Shown here piece by piece: positions 25,900 through 39,846 of a DNA stretch of 64,000 bases. Positions within the stretch are counted from its first letter, which is position 1. Each line of letters begins with the position of its first letter. The notes under the pieces were generated by a model. The model did not search any database, was not told where the DNA came from, and saw nothing but the letters and a program-made list of their open reading frames with translations. Both the position numbers and the translations under genes were made by a program. Source of the DNA: Eledone cirrhosa (Eukaryota); assembly GCA_964016885.1 (NCBI GenBank), contig OZ024743.1, positions 303,738,001-303,802,000 of the forward strand. Direction: 5' to 3'.

Positions 25900-26040
25900 A
25901 ATAAACGAAGCCAAATTTTAAACATTTGATTTATTTATTTTATTTTATTTTACATTACTCCGGAGTCACCAAACCAACATGCGCACTTCGCCGAGTGCTC
26001 CACTGCATAATGAGGTGTTGGTATACAACCAACATATACT

Positions 26041-26084
<44 letters not shown>

Positions 26085-26573
26085 TCTTTTAACCAGGAGA
26101 GATGAAAGGGGTCATCAAAATAGAAACGCGAGGCACATAGGAGACCAACAATCAAACAATTGTCGTTAATTTACATCGAGTAAAATGGGGAGATGAAGAA
26201 TAACAGTAATATGCATGAACAAACGAACAACTCAAAAAGGAGAATAAAGGATATCCGAATAAGACACAGCTGCACCAAAGAGAGGATGTGCCGAAAAAAA
26301 AGATTGCCCAATCAGCATCCTTACCTAATATCCGTCATCACTATATTGGTGTCACTGCATATGTGTCTGCCTTAGCGCGTACCTACGCATCATTGGCATT
26401 GCCAAGTGCAACCCTCTTCATATGCGAAATATGTTATTTCTAAAAGAAGGGAAAGTGTGCACTTTCCAAATGTGTGGTGGTTATTACAAACTCAACATGA
26501 ACACCATTGACAGACCCACATGATACGTAACCGCCGAATAATGTGTAAATAAGGTAGTTCTATATAAATATTT

Positions 26574-26760
26574 TTTTCCACTTTTGGCACAAGGCCAGCA
26601 ATTATCGCAGTGTATTACTGATACTTTATTTTATCGACCCCGTAAGGATGAAAGGCAAAGTTAACCACGATGGGATTTGAACTAAGACCATAAAGGGCCG
26701 TAACCCTTTGCTGCAAAGCATGGCGTCACTCCCTCTACCGATACTGCCAATCCACCGCCA
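26574..26760 (-). mobile_element. tRNA-derived SINE, near full length
   Basis: A/B boxes and gcctttcatccttacggggtcgataaaataaagta core (resembles Meta/MESC-type SINE core). Confidence 0.85.
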
Positions 26761-28934
26761 TGTTCTATATAAATATTGCGAGCAAGTATGTCCCACATAT
26801 TTGGTAATTATTATGAATAAAGAATCTATATTTAAGTTAATATTCCTGCTTACCGCCGATATCACACTCCATATTTTATACTTCCCTTTAATAATTGAAA
26901 ATGCAGGATAACGATCGTGTAGGATAACCATCTATGTTCTGTTTAATGTTAATTCTCGCCTTTGGGATTGTCAAGTGCATTTGATATGCGATAATACCTA
27001 AATATTTTCGACATCACGTGTGATACATTTTAGGATTTACTAGTTCATTCATGGATAATTTGGAGCTGTAATATTTTATTTTGTTCAGGCGGAAATCATT
27101 TATCACTAGACCATGAATTTTGTCTTGAGTGAATCGCTATTACTCATTAAAGAAACTGAAATTGTACAGAGCTCTTTGACGCTATTGCTTATACGCCTGT
27201 GGTTGCTGTTGGTTTTCTCTTGTACATTTTCGTTTTGAAGATGTTACTAGAGGTTGGCACTGTCTGTGTATGGGGTGTGTGATTCTGGTGATGTTATTGA
27301 TGTTGTCATCTGTTTTCTCACGCATCGATTTTACCCACATCTAACATTTTGTCAAACACCCAGCTCACCACATTTGGGGGCTCGAATTTTTAAACGTAGG
27401 TTTCACATGTTACACTTTTTTTCAAATATCGATGTGTCTATATTCTGTCGGCTTTCTAAATATACCTTCATTATTATGGCGTCCTCTCCACTTGGGGACT
27501 ATGAACTTAGCGAGATTATGCTCGCTTAAATATAGGCTTTCCAATGTCGGTTGATGGTGTTTGGTAGCGTTCTTGTAGTTTGTGTTGCTCTCCCTGTTTT
27601 GAGTCTGATGTTGTTAATTATTTTGTGGCTGTGGATAATTATATTGGATGCAATGCACGAAGCCTTAAACTATTTTCTTTTTAACTCTCGTGAAACCCAA
27701 GCCAATAAGTCATTTTATTCTGCCTTATTATCCTTATTTTATTCTGCCTTATTCTCCCTTCGAAATTACTCATAATATGCCTGCATTCGTCCAGTTATAA
27801 ATATACAGAAATATCTAGCTGCAAGAAACACCTAGAAATCCATGTATGTTCCCGTTCAATTGTATTAAGGGGTACGATCTACGTGTATTCCCCGACCATT
27901 GCCATAAATCTGGTTGGGATTCTGTGAGTTGGTATGTTAGTACTATTTAATTTCGAAGAGTAACATCATTATAAATTTATAAGTGCTTCAAGTTGGTGAC
28001 GCTTGTGTGTGCCACTTGCAGAGTGAGTCAAATTCCTAAATCTCCCCTGTGGTTTGTTCACCTCTCTTATGATACAGTCGCGTATATCTCTTCCCGGTGT
28101 TTGAAAGCTTGAGCTGGCTTGGAAACGTCTAGGTATTTTGTCTTCCATCTGATGAATATTTAATTTCCATACGGAGGCATACGATTAAATTTCCTCCCTA
28201 TAATCAGAATGGAAATCACGGACCGAAGTCGCACAACACACCTAGCTCTTATAGCTATATCCCTGAGTTAAAATAAGATTGTTACCGGCAAAGCTGTGGG
28301 GCTTCTACCGAAAGATGAAACCAATAGATATTATCAGCAATGAAAAACTAAAGGCAAAATTGTTGGATCAATTGGAATTCTTATGATGGTAACGCAGCAT
28401 TCCGTTGCACAATATTATTCTTATATTTTTTAAAGAATTTATTTACAATCTGGAGCGAATGTTCGGTACGTGATTTAAGAGCGAATGCGTTATAATTCTT
28501 CGTTACTACTCTCGTGTTGCTCATGCTATTGGCTTCGATGCTGTTTTATTTATTGTCAGTGTGATCTTTCTAGTCTTGTTTATTGTTGAGTTTTTAATCT
28601 CCCTTTATTTTCCTTTATGGATACTGTACTTGGCACTCCGCCACCATATTATTCTGGTGGAAGAATTCTACCAGCAATCAGGTGTAATAGCATGTATATA
28701 CTTTCTTACGCTGAATCCACATGAAAACCACGTTACGGCTGCACGTGTCTGTGTAATGTTCAGTCAATTACGCATTAATTTCATAACCAGGCTACGTTAA
28801 TTCAACGTGCAATGGGAACACTCATCTTCCAAACTAACGGACCTCCGTGCTTCAATCCTAGAATTAGGCGTCCGATATGAGCCGGTTTGTGCAGAGTTGT
28901 AAGGGTATACACTCAAATAATTTCGTGGGTGCCG

Positions 28935-29064
28935 CTTCTTCTTCTTCTTCTTCTTCTTCTTCTTCTTCTTCTTCTTCTTCTTCTTCTTCTTCTTCTTCTT
29001 CTTCTTCTTCTTCTTCTTCTTCTTCTTCTTCTTCTTCTTCTTCTTCTTCTTCTTCTTCTTCTTC
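28935..29064. repeat. (CTT)n microsatellite, likely expanded tail of the adjacent minus-strand LINE end
   Basis: Perfect CTT run of ~130 bp. Confidence 0.9.
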
Positions 29065-29230
29065 ACTCACTTATTCCTGAGAGAGTCGTAGTGGCAGAAC
29101 CCTCAAGCACTATTTCCGCGGATCCTGTCAGAAGCAACCGTTTTCAACTGATCCGGGTTGTTAGCCAACCATCTTGCTCGGGGTTTAACCCTGGGTTTCC
29201 TATCGGTTGGTTTTACGCGTAAAATATGTC
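29065..29230 (-). mobile_element. RTE-like LINE 3' end fragment
   Basis: Minus strand VASDRIR resembles the RTE C-terminal xDRxxWR motif; followed by (GAA)n; similar piece at 63333-63410. Confidence 0.45.
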
Positions 29231-29859
29231 TGGTGATTCTTTCCTCTGACATTCTTACCACATACTAATACTATCTGCTTCTCTATTTTCAAATATATTG
29301 TGAATTTTTTCCAAACAAATTCTCTTAATATTTAGCATGGTAGTTTTGGAATGGATATTTAATTCCAATTCAATGTCAAAAGCGGATATTGATAATGTCG
29401 ATGGTTGGATGGTCACCCACTGAAAATACTTCTTTTTACCAGCAAAGTAAGTGTACGAGAATTTTTTGGAAATCATTGGATGGTTAGCATACATTTCCCA
29501 TGGGTTACTATTTGTATAACGAAACGTTTTGAACTCTTTCTTTCCTCCAATATGTATTTATTTATTCTCTCATTTCACCTACATCTTTATATGTTTCTTT
29601 ATTCACAAGTGTCTACTATCTCTACTAAATATTCTCCTTGTCCTGACCTAATTGAATTACCTTGAGATAAATATCTTTATCTATTTCGCCTCAATTAATT
29701 TCTGCCCTTTAGCTCTATCTCACTCTGTCAGACATTCTACACGTTTTTCTAAACCTTTTTTAATCTCTTTGTATAGAAAGCTATCTCTCCCTTTGTTCTC
29801 AGTTATCTGAGAGATAATGCATAAAACTAAATACCAACGATGATTATTATGAACATAAA

Positions 29860-30700
29860 TGAATATCTTTATTTGCCACACTAGGCTCACATTGAGAAAA
29901 CAGGACTGTACAGAATAATAGCCTGTGGTTATTTCGTGTTAAAGAACATTCAGAGAAGCGAAGAAACGTACAAATTGTAACAAAAATAGAATCCCTAATA
30001 AAAGGGGAACTTTCACGACCCACTCAATAAGGCCTACAAACAACCGAAGTCACCCTGAACGACTCGGTTACTTCACACATCCCAGTTGCCATACTATTCA
30101 GTCGCATACTCAAAACAAGCCCATTAGCTAGGACCATGCTAGTCACTCTCATCCACCTTTAAAAATAGTTGATGAGAATGGTGAGCATGGTCCGAGAGGC
30201 TGGAATGTAGCACATGAAGTGAAACATTAAAAATGTAATCTAAGCTTCGCTTCGATGAAGCGATACATGCTTGCCTTCAAACATTTCAATCATGTTTGCC
30301 ACATGAGCTTATCACCATATCCACCAGACAAAGAAAAATCACCTTTAACTTCGGGGTAAAGACAGGTGGTGGGTTGAATGTTCGACATAAACCCACAAAT
30401 CTGCAATAATCATATTCTCCACGTGTACGTAGCCCGACGGGTTCGTCAGCTTACGTGCACCTCAGACAAGCCCTGCTAATGACACTTCCATGCCTGTAGT
30501 ATTTATCTCGAACTAGCAATACTCCCCAGTATTAATTTCATCCATGCCATAGATTTCCATAAATTATCACTATGCCCTGGACTGAAATTCCTTCGGAAAA
30601 GAGTGACTAGTTGATTTTCATTGACGCCCAGACAATCTCCAAGAATGTCTTCCACGCGCCATTAGTCTTCTACAGCAAGCCAAGGTGGAGTTTCCATCCA
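29860..30700 (-). mobile_element. Degraded L1/Tx1-like LINE 3' portion
   Basis: Similar to 53458-54590 (gatttgtgggtttatgtcgaac; aaaggtggatgagagtg..atggt) and the same gtggcaaataaag 3' end. Confidence 0.6.
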
Positions 30701-31324
30701 TGATAATACAGAGGCCTGTGAGTCATACTGATCTTTACTAACATTTGATCATAATAAGACGGCACATTAGTTGCCTCATCGCGTTTGATGGATGTTATTT
30801 TGTGCGCTTTGGCTTCTTGTTTGGTTGCGAAGGACACAACTACTACGCCAAATATTTACCTTGGGTGATATGCGTTTTGCCTCCCCATATGGACCCTGGC
30901 CACGTAGTAATATTTTCTTCTAAACTTTCTGTCACCCCAGCAAAGGATGTGGCCATCTGTGAGGCAGGTTTCTGTGTGTTGCTGGAGGCAGCTCATTTTC
31001 TTTTGAAATCGCATTTTGTCTGTTATGTTTCGCTGATATTGTTCTTGTTGCTGATAACGTGATTGTTGGTGCTGATGTTTGTCCTCTTATTGTTATTATT
31101 ATTGCTTCTGATGTTGATGCTCCTGTTGTTGGTGCTACTGTTATTGTTACAGATTTTATTGACGGTAGTGATTGATTACTGGTTGTTTCAGTAGTGGTGG
31201 TGTCATCAGTGACATTCATGTTGCTGCTCTCTGGACATTTGCTGATATTCTGAATCACAGTTTGCACGTAAGAAATATTTTTACAATCCAGTATTCCGTC
31301 AATGTGGAGCGGGATGTATAATTA

Positions 31325-31460
31325 TTTCTAATAAGACCAGCATATTGAGGGATGGTGTAAGGCGATTAATTCGGCCCCTAGTATATAATTTTAAAAAATG
31401 ATACCGGCAGAGTATAAGGTAACTAGACCATGGATGGATTTAAACAAATAATAAACTTAG
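31325..31460 (-). mobile_element. Highly degraded SINE
   Basis: aagaccagca..gagggatgg..aggcgatt..cggcccctag..ggatttaaac resemble the other SINE copies. Confidence 0.35.
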
Positions 31461-32935
31461 CCGCAACAACAACAACATCAATCAGGTTTTATTAACCATA
31501 AAGTCAACTAGGTTCTGGTCAATACGAGGTCGAAGATCAGTACAACTTGTGTTAGCATCGTGTAATGATTTGGGAAATTCAACCAAGAAGATCTAATAAT
31601 AAAAACAACTATAAGAAGTATTAAGAATAACATTATATAACATACATACCATGCCAATTAAAATATTCCATTAACAGTGTAAGACACTCTTCGATAATTT
31701 CCTGAATCCCCCAACCAGAAAAATGTCTGGATTACTATACCGCATTGAATTTATTGAAAATATTCCTCTTCCCGGAAAATGTATGGGCATCCATCTTCAA
31801 GCGGTGTTTGAAGAGTCTCTAAAATGTGTTCGCCATGAGGTATCTTTCGCTAGATATATCAGGTCGAAATTGGCATAACACCATTCCTGCTAATGTGTGG
31901 TGACAGTTTTAGATCTTCCATAGACTCGAATGATAGCGAGATCTGTCATATATTTAATAAGAACTGTTTGAAATAAGCTCACAAGTCTGTCATTTTTGTA
32001 ATTCAGTTAAAATCAGTAAAATAGACGTAGTCGTCAAATTAATTATGCATGTGTGTTATACTCAATGCTAGTTGTACATGATACCATCTCGGAGGATTGT
32101 GACTGTTACCCCACCTTCAAGGCTCTTAATTGAAGCGCCTCAGGTATTTAAACTACTAGGTATTTAAAACGTTATACTTATTCTAGTTTCCAGGTTGATA
32201 TGAACTCATTTTCCTTTAATTCGCTAATACATAGAACGTTTTGGGGTTCGATACTCGGAATTAGCACTACATTCTCATAATTGTTCTAATCATGTTCAAA
32301 TAAAACTATCCCCAGTCAGTGTAGCTTCCTCAGTAATCTGCAGCAATATACAAACGTCATTAATTCTATATATTGAACTGGAAAATTACATCAAACTTCA
32401 AAATACCACAAGATAATACATGTGTAATGAAAGAAAAGATGAATGAATGTATATTAGTCAATGAATATGTGTACATAAAACTATATGTATGTTTCCAGAC
32501 AAATCAGCCGAACTACCGCGTCATTGATATTTGAATACGGTTTAACATACTCGCCATTCATTATATAAATATATTGTAAAACATAATTTAGTATTGCATA
32601 CTTTTGCTTATCCTCACTATGTTAGTAATAACGCATTAGATTTCTGGCACTACTAGATACATATTATGAAACACTTCTCTCCTCTATAGAGCGAGCGAAT
32701 GTTCCGTCATGATTTTATTCATGTTTTCCCATCACATATTGCATTATATATGTGCTCCTATTTTCTCATATGCAAACTATAGGAATACATTATTGTAAAT
32801 ATATTCATTACCATACCACAAATAAATGTTGTTTGTGTAAATAGTCTCTGTGATGTAGACAAAACATAGATTTATAAACACACAAACACCAAAAGCCATA
32901 AACATACATACACAAACATGTGTGTGAGTATATAT

Positions 32936-32968
<33 letters not shown>

Positions 32969-33732
32969 ATATAGGCAAGCATGTATATGTCCATGTGTTT
33001 GTTTGTGTACATGTTCATTCTTGTGGAGAGGGTGATAACTTATAAATTGTAGCAGATTAAGTGAATGGCATCTCGTCATGTGAAAATGCATCACAAGTAA
33101 TGGATATTAAACCGGTTATATTCCGTTTATAAAATTAATATTTCTACTCTAAAATTTCCTCTAGAAAATAGATATTTAATTCCTGTGTTGCTGCTGAATG
33201 AGGCAGTTTTCTGAATTGTTCAGTGACTGATATCCTAAATTCACTGAAAACAAAACCTTCCATTGTATCTGATATGAGAAATGTTCGACATAACATTACG
33301 AATTATAACATTACTTGCTAGTAATATTGTGCTTTGAAAGTTTCTCGAATAGTGACATATAATCTGTATGTTTTTCCCAACAGCTAGGAATAGTAACAAT
33401 TTGAAAATATCTGACAGTAATGTATTCAAAACATAGGCATTTTAACCCTCACGAAAATTTAAGTACGATATTAAACACAACATATTTATATGAAATACGC
33501 ATTTTAGATGACATTTATTTAATTATTATCGTGGCGTATACTCATTGTGCAACGGCTTGCTTTTCAAAATGACAACTGATCATAAGACTTACATTCCTCT
33601 GTCATTTTTAAAGTATAGATTATACTTGAGTCAACATTTCCTGTCGCTTCATTTTGAAATGAAGGATTAGCCATTAGACTAGGGAGCAAATATTATATAT
33701 ACACATATTTATATATATACACATATATACAT

Positions 33733-33827
<95 letters not shown>

Positions 33828-33887
33828 TATATATATGAGAGACGTAAAATAAGAAAATTATAAAATTAACTTACTTACTAAAAAATC

Positions 33888-33972
33888 ACTTCCAACTAAT
33901 TAGTTTCTGGAATGGAGTAAAAATATATTTTCCGAAGAATCATATTGAAAATCATTCCGTCATCAGGAAAGT
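33888..33972 (-). ncRNA. Type I hammerhead ribozyme, intact core, no adjacent PLE ORF recognised
   Basis: actttc-CTGATGA-c-ggaatg...cattcc-a-GAAA-CTAATTAG-TT-ggaagt; palindromic stem III ACTAATTAGT. Confidence 0.75.
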
Positions 33973-34696
33973 CTTTTTCCGTATAGGTCTCCAGGCATAG
34001 CGAGGACACTGGAAACTTATTAAAAAAATAATTCAGTGGAATGGAAATAGCAAAGCGTGGACTGGATTCCAAGCCATTGAGAAAATCACTGCCTCTTCGT
34101 CTGTGGCAAATTCAAAAAGAATCAATCACGTGACATCGAGGTCAATCAGTGGAAAGCGAGTGGTTATTAAGGCAGTGGCCAGCTTACTACCATAGTAGCA
34201 GTCATGGCCAAATATTGCTCGACATATATATACAATACATAAACAGAGAAAGCCTTAAGCGAAACTCCGACCAACTCCATCTCACTCAACAAACAGGATA
34301 TACTTAAGTATTATCCAAATTTAGTTTTTGGGATGCTAACTAATAAGTATTTCGTGGATAATTGGTTGTATTATTTTATATGAGACATTATTAAATAAAT
34401 ATCTCATTTCTTCCAGACGGCCGTTTCGTTATAAGATTTCTATAATTTGGGATAAATAATTTCCAGGTTATGTAGAAACTTGTATATAATCCATTGTTTT
34501 ATACACAAGCGGGCTCTTATAAACACATCAGTCGATGCCCAATCAATAACGATATAAGAATTATATCGGCATTAACAGAATGGTGATGGTCTCCCTCATC
34601 GCTAAGAAGAGACTCGTAGATTTGAATCCAGCAGTTCTCTCAAAGAAAACATACACGCTGTCCCCAAAAGGGTAAAGGGAGGTCATCTTAAAATAA

Positions 34697-34764
<68 letters not shown>

Positions 34765-34792
34765 ATTTATATATATATATATATATATATAT

Positions 34793-34856
34793 GTAAGTAT
34801 GTATGTAAGTGCCATACTAAGAGTGAGAAATGAAATTTCGTTTTCATTTTTTTCAA

Positions 34857-34860
<4 letters not shown>
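34793..34860 (+). repeat. Fragment of the ~430 bp HHR family
   Basis: aagtgccatactaagagtgagaaatgaaatttcgttttcattttt. Confidence 0.7.
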
Positions 34861-34916
<56 letters not shown>

Positions 34917-35055
34917 TGTATATGTATATAAATATGTGTATCTATAATATTTGCACCCTAGTCTAATGGTTAATCCTTCATTATATACATATGTATGCAT
35001 GTGTGTGTGTGTTTGTGTGTTTATGTGTGTATGTGTGTTTGTGTTTGTGTATGTA

Positions 35056-35114
<59 letters not shown>

Positions 35115-35126
<12 letters not shown>

Positions 35127-35608
35127 TTAGTAAAAAGGAAAAATTACAGTAGAAAATGCTAGAGGGATTTTTTTCAGTACAACATCAACACATTTATTTA
35201 CAAGGTAGAAATTCCAGCATTTAATTGTTTCCCGTTTTCCGTTTTATATGCGGTTTCAACAACGGACGTGTATAGTGCAGTTAAATTGCAAATGTATACT
35301 AATTATAATAAAGTTTGTCAAAACTAACTGAGAACGAAAGAAAACTACGGACAAAAATATGTAATTTCTTCTCTATATATGAATGTAGAAACAATCTTTT
35401 TCTCCATTTTAGTAATATTCGAATACATATGCAATTTAACTGCACTATACACTTCCATCGTTTACAAAGCATATAAAGCTGAAACCAGTACACTATTAAA
35501 TGCGAAAATCCTTACTTTGTAAATAAATGTTTTATTGTTTTACTGAAAAAAATCCCGCTAGCTTTTTCTACTGTATTTTTTACCTTTTTACTATTTGTTT
35601 ATATATAT
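35115..35608. repeat. Imperfect fold-back element with ~180 bp arms, in (TA)n
   Basis: tacagtagaaaa..gtgtatagtgcagttaaattgca pairs with tgcaatttaactgcactatacac..ttttctactgta. Confidence 0.75.
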
Positions 35609-35646
35609 CAATTCGTGGGTCACTTCTCTACATACCATATATATAC

Positions 35647-35728
<82 letters not shown>

Positions 35729-36977
35729 ATAGGGAAAAGTGTAACCCCGACGGCAGCCTTTACGTCTAACATGATGAAAAGGGCTACAGTTAACTGTTGC
35801 CTATCAGGCTATGAAATCGTTCTACTCAATGCGAGACTTATTTGCAGGAGCTGAATGTTGTTCACAAATATCTCACCAGTAATTAGATCATTCAGATAAC
35901 CTATTGCCTTCTGCTGTTTTAGCAGTCAAGATCTTGAAAAGAATGACACAAAAATGACACTTATTGCCACTGTACACACGTACATTCTATATATTATGTA
36001 AAAAAACGTCCGTTAAGTAGAATGTAAGCTTTAACTTATCGTCAGAGCACATTCACCATTCGACAAATCAATCATTTTCCTTTTGAAATCTGCACGAGTA
36101 TCATAAGAACTATTCAATTGCTGTGTTACACCCGTACAGATGAAATAAATTTAATGCGTTAAGTTTCTTAATATTCTTTATTTTATTAATGCATACAATA
36201 TTTCATACATCAACTAAATTATATTGTTTTCTCCACTATAAACCCGTGTCTCAAAAAAATGTTTTATTCTAACATTAAAAAATATCCATCAGCCTAAAAC
36301 GTATACAAACAAATTATGAATTTCTTGTTTTTCCTTCATGCAATATTATGAAGAATTATACGTCATGCAAACATACGTCATGTACATACTAAATCCGTTC
36401 ATGGTAAGGTTTATGTCGCAATTGTTCCCATAACAAGTACAGAGTTGTTGAAATAATTGAGATAAAGAAAGGCATAATGGTTACAAACTAATGCATTTAT
36501 ACTTCAGTCATGAGTTGACAAGCATTAATAGAGAAATGTTTGTCACAGTTGCTATTTTATTAAAGGTCTGCTGTTTTATTCATAGATAAATGAGTCTCCA
36601 GTATATTTGGAGGGACATTACATTAATTTAGGACAACTAACACATTTCCTCTCCTCAAACAAACAATAGTTTTTTTATGTGAACAATAATATTCTATCTG
36701 GCTCATTATTGATATCGAGTCGTATATTAACTACTTTAAAATAAGTTTAAATTTAATGCGATAGAGTTATTTCGCCATAGAGACATTTATTTGCATTGAT
36801 ACGAAATATAATGAGATCATCATGCGTTGCAAAGTGTTGTGGTAACTTTACTCGGGGAACGTGCCTACATTTTTGAATTTGAGAGATTTAGTCTTATTAA
36901 TTTAGTCTTTCCTAGTCTGCAGCTAGATTGTCTTAGACAGGATCAAAGCAGCCTTAGGCATATATGAGATTGTTTGT

Positions 36978-37034
<57 letters not shown>

Positions 37035-37078
37035 GTGTGTGTGCGTGTGTGTGTGCGCGCGCGAGTGTATGTATATAC

Positions 37079-37109
<31 letters not shown>

Positions 37110-37173
37110 TGAAGTAATTCCGTGGGAAAAAGTCCTGGAAAAAAGAGTGCTCTATGTAGGTAACAGAGCTTAT

Positions 37174-37559
<386 letters not shown>

Positions 37560-37747
37560 AAAGTGGGTGGATGAGGGTGTTATTCCACATTGTTTAATGG
37601 TAAATCTACTGCCTGTAAGTGAGGCCAGGGTGCGGTGTTGAGAGCATCAGGTGTTATAGTGGTTATTCAGTTCTTGGGGTCCATCTGTAGAAAGATTGTT
37701 GTAGTCGATGGCCGGAATTGTTGAGAGTTCCGGCTCTACTATTTATT

Positions 37748-38300
37748 AGTTCCTGGGGTGTTTGCACTATATAAAACAGTTCCATTAGGCAGTGTTCAGT
37801 TTTTTCTGAAATTATATGATGGAGCTCGGTTCATAATTTTCCATTGAGCGGTGTAGCTAATGTTAGAGTCTACTAATTGGGTAATATAATTAGCGATGGA
37901 AGTAGAGTATCTAAGCGCTTGCTATTCCTAAAAGAGTGGAGATGCGCTCGAAATCTATTCTTGAATGCCCCAGAAGTAGCTCCTATTTAAGATTTAACAC
38001 TATTAAACTCGTAACCGTGCATCTATAGATAATATTTCTAGTTAAGCAGTAGCCTCGGAGTGGAGAGTTGACAGGGTTACGACAGTTGCAATGTGTTTTG
38101 TTGTCACCTCTAAGGTGGTGAGGGCTGGTGTTAAACCTATTACTATTATTATCTCCATCACCATACCTGCCATTATTGTGGTTGGCGTTATTATAGATAC
38201 AAACACACGAAGTGGTGCTATCTCCACTTCTTGTGTTATAGCGTCTTCTACAGCGGTTGTAATAGCCGATATAGTTTTTAACCCAACTGCTTGGATAACG
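37748..38300 (-). pseudogene. Penelope-like element (PLE-5), GIY-YIG fragment
   Basis: CNCRNPVNSPLRGYCLTRNIIYRC ... S*IGATSGAFKNRFRAHLHSF ... CKHPRN*. Confidence 0.85.
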
Positions 38301-38303
38301 TTT

Positions 38304-38745
38304 CTATAAGTATCCAGCTTCTATAAGTTACTGTTAGATTCACTCCCTTCTTTCGCCGAAAAGAAGTGACACGGTCAGTACTTTAAAACCGATAGCGTAT
38401 GGTCTATACCATACATACATTCATGTATGCATCGCGCTCTCGGAGCACCAATCCTAATACCTAAATTTTGCTGGACCGGCAATCGCTCTGTATAATCAGC
38501 TCCTGATTATTACTGGAATACTATAAGGATCATCCAGCTTCTATCATTTTCGCTGAAGCAGGGGGAGCGTGGCTCTGATGAGCTTCTCTCCCTTCATTCA
38601 CCGAAAAGAAGTAAGTGTCATAGTTACTTCTTTAAGACCGATAGCGTATGGTCTTCTAAATGTGTTTAATTAAAGATACGGTATATTGCCAAATATACTA
38701 TATATACATTCATGTATACGTTGCTATTTCAGAGCACCAATTCTA
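38304..38745 (+). mobile_element. Diverged relative of the 310 bp HHR repeat, abutting the 5' end of PLE-5 in inverted orientation
   Basis: Shares ggaccggcaa.cgctct, atagcg..tggtcttc, gctatttcagagca; CTGATGAG at 38575 but GAAA/stem III deleted. Confidence 0.65.
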
Positions 38746-38971
38746 TTATATATATATATATATATAAGTATGTACACGTACATACATATATGTATACAGA
38801 TGTACAGTAGTATGTATATATATACATACATGCACACAAATATATATATGTACGTATGGATTTAACGAACATTTATTATAATGTTTGGTTTGTTTGTAAA
38901 CAAACATCACGAATTAACACGTACAATGTTTAGCAACTATCGTTGCCCTTTTGTTCAACACTGACAAAGGA

Positions 38972-39014
38972 ACGATGTACTAGTTTCAAGCTTATTAGCT
39001 CTCGTCAGCACCGT
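38972..39014 (-). ncRNA. Minimal type I hammerhead ribozyme, intact core
   Basis: acggtg-CTGACGA-gagctaataagctt-GAAA-CTAG-TA-catcgt. Confidence 0.85.
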
Positions 39015-39406
39015 ATACCTTCCTGCCTGATGATTGGACGTCTGAAAGTATATACTTTCCTTATGCATATTAACGACTGAGTAGCCTAATTTGCATATCG
39101 AGTGAGTTAATCGGCCGGGCGCACCGAAAACGATAAATGGAAAACATTAAACGAAATTTCATTTCTCACTCTTAGTACGGCTCTTGCTTAAATATAAGTA
39201 TGTACACGTACATACATATATGTATACAGACCTACAGTGGTATGTATATATATACATACATGCACACATATATATATAAATATATGTACGTATGGATTTA
39301 CCGAAAATGTATTATAATGTTCAGTTTGTTTGTAAACAAACATCCCGAATTAAGCCGTACAGTGTTTAGAACCATCGTTGCCCTTTTATTCAACACTGAC
39401 AAAGGA

Positions 39407-39449
39407 ACGATATACTAGTTTAAAGCTTATTAGTTATCGTCAGCACCGT
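39407..39449 (-). ncRNA. Hammerhead motif, GAAA mutated to TAAA
   Basis: acggtg-CTGACGA-taactaataagctt-TAAA-CTAG-TA-tatcgt. Confidence 0.65.
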
Positions 39450-39846
39450 ATACCTTCCTGCCTGATTATTGAACGTCTGAAAGTATATACTTTCTTTATG
39501 CATATTAACGCCTGAGTAGCCTAATTTTCATATCGAGTGAGTTAATCGGCCGGGCGCACCGAGTACGATAAATGAAAAAAATGAAACGAAATTTCATTTT
39601 TCACTCTTAGTACGGCTGTTACTTAAATATAAGTATGGACACGTACATATTAATATGTATACATACGTGCAGTAGTATGTATATATACACATACATGCAC
39701 ACATATATATATGTACGTATGGATTTACCGAACATTTATTATAATGTTCGGTTTGTTTGTAAACAAACATCCCGAATTAAGCCGTACCGTGTTTAGCAAA
39801 GGAAAGTATATACTTTCAGACGTTCAATCATCAGCCAGGAAGGTAT

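Larger units (their letters stand above)
22945..25955 (+). mobile_element. 5'-truncated Penelope-like element (PLE-3) with 3' pLTR and inverted 5' pLTR
   Basis: 22945-23641 is an inverted copy of 25257-25955; EN coding region lies between. Confidence 0.9.

Noticed and set aside
18062-26760. tRNA genes suggested by A/B boxes
   Set aside because: Boxes belong to SINE heads; no cloverleaf
28797-29222. Poly-K/E/S/L ORFs
   Set aside because: Translation of the (CTT)n tract
30745-31267. Thr-rich ORF 30932-31267
   Set aside because: Low complexity; probably part of the neighbouring decayed LINE; not assignable
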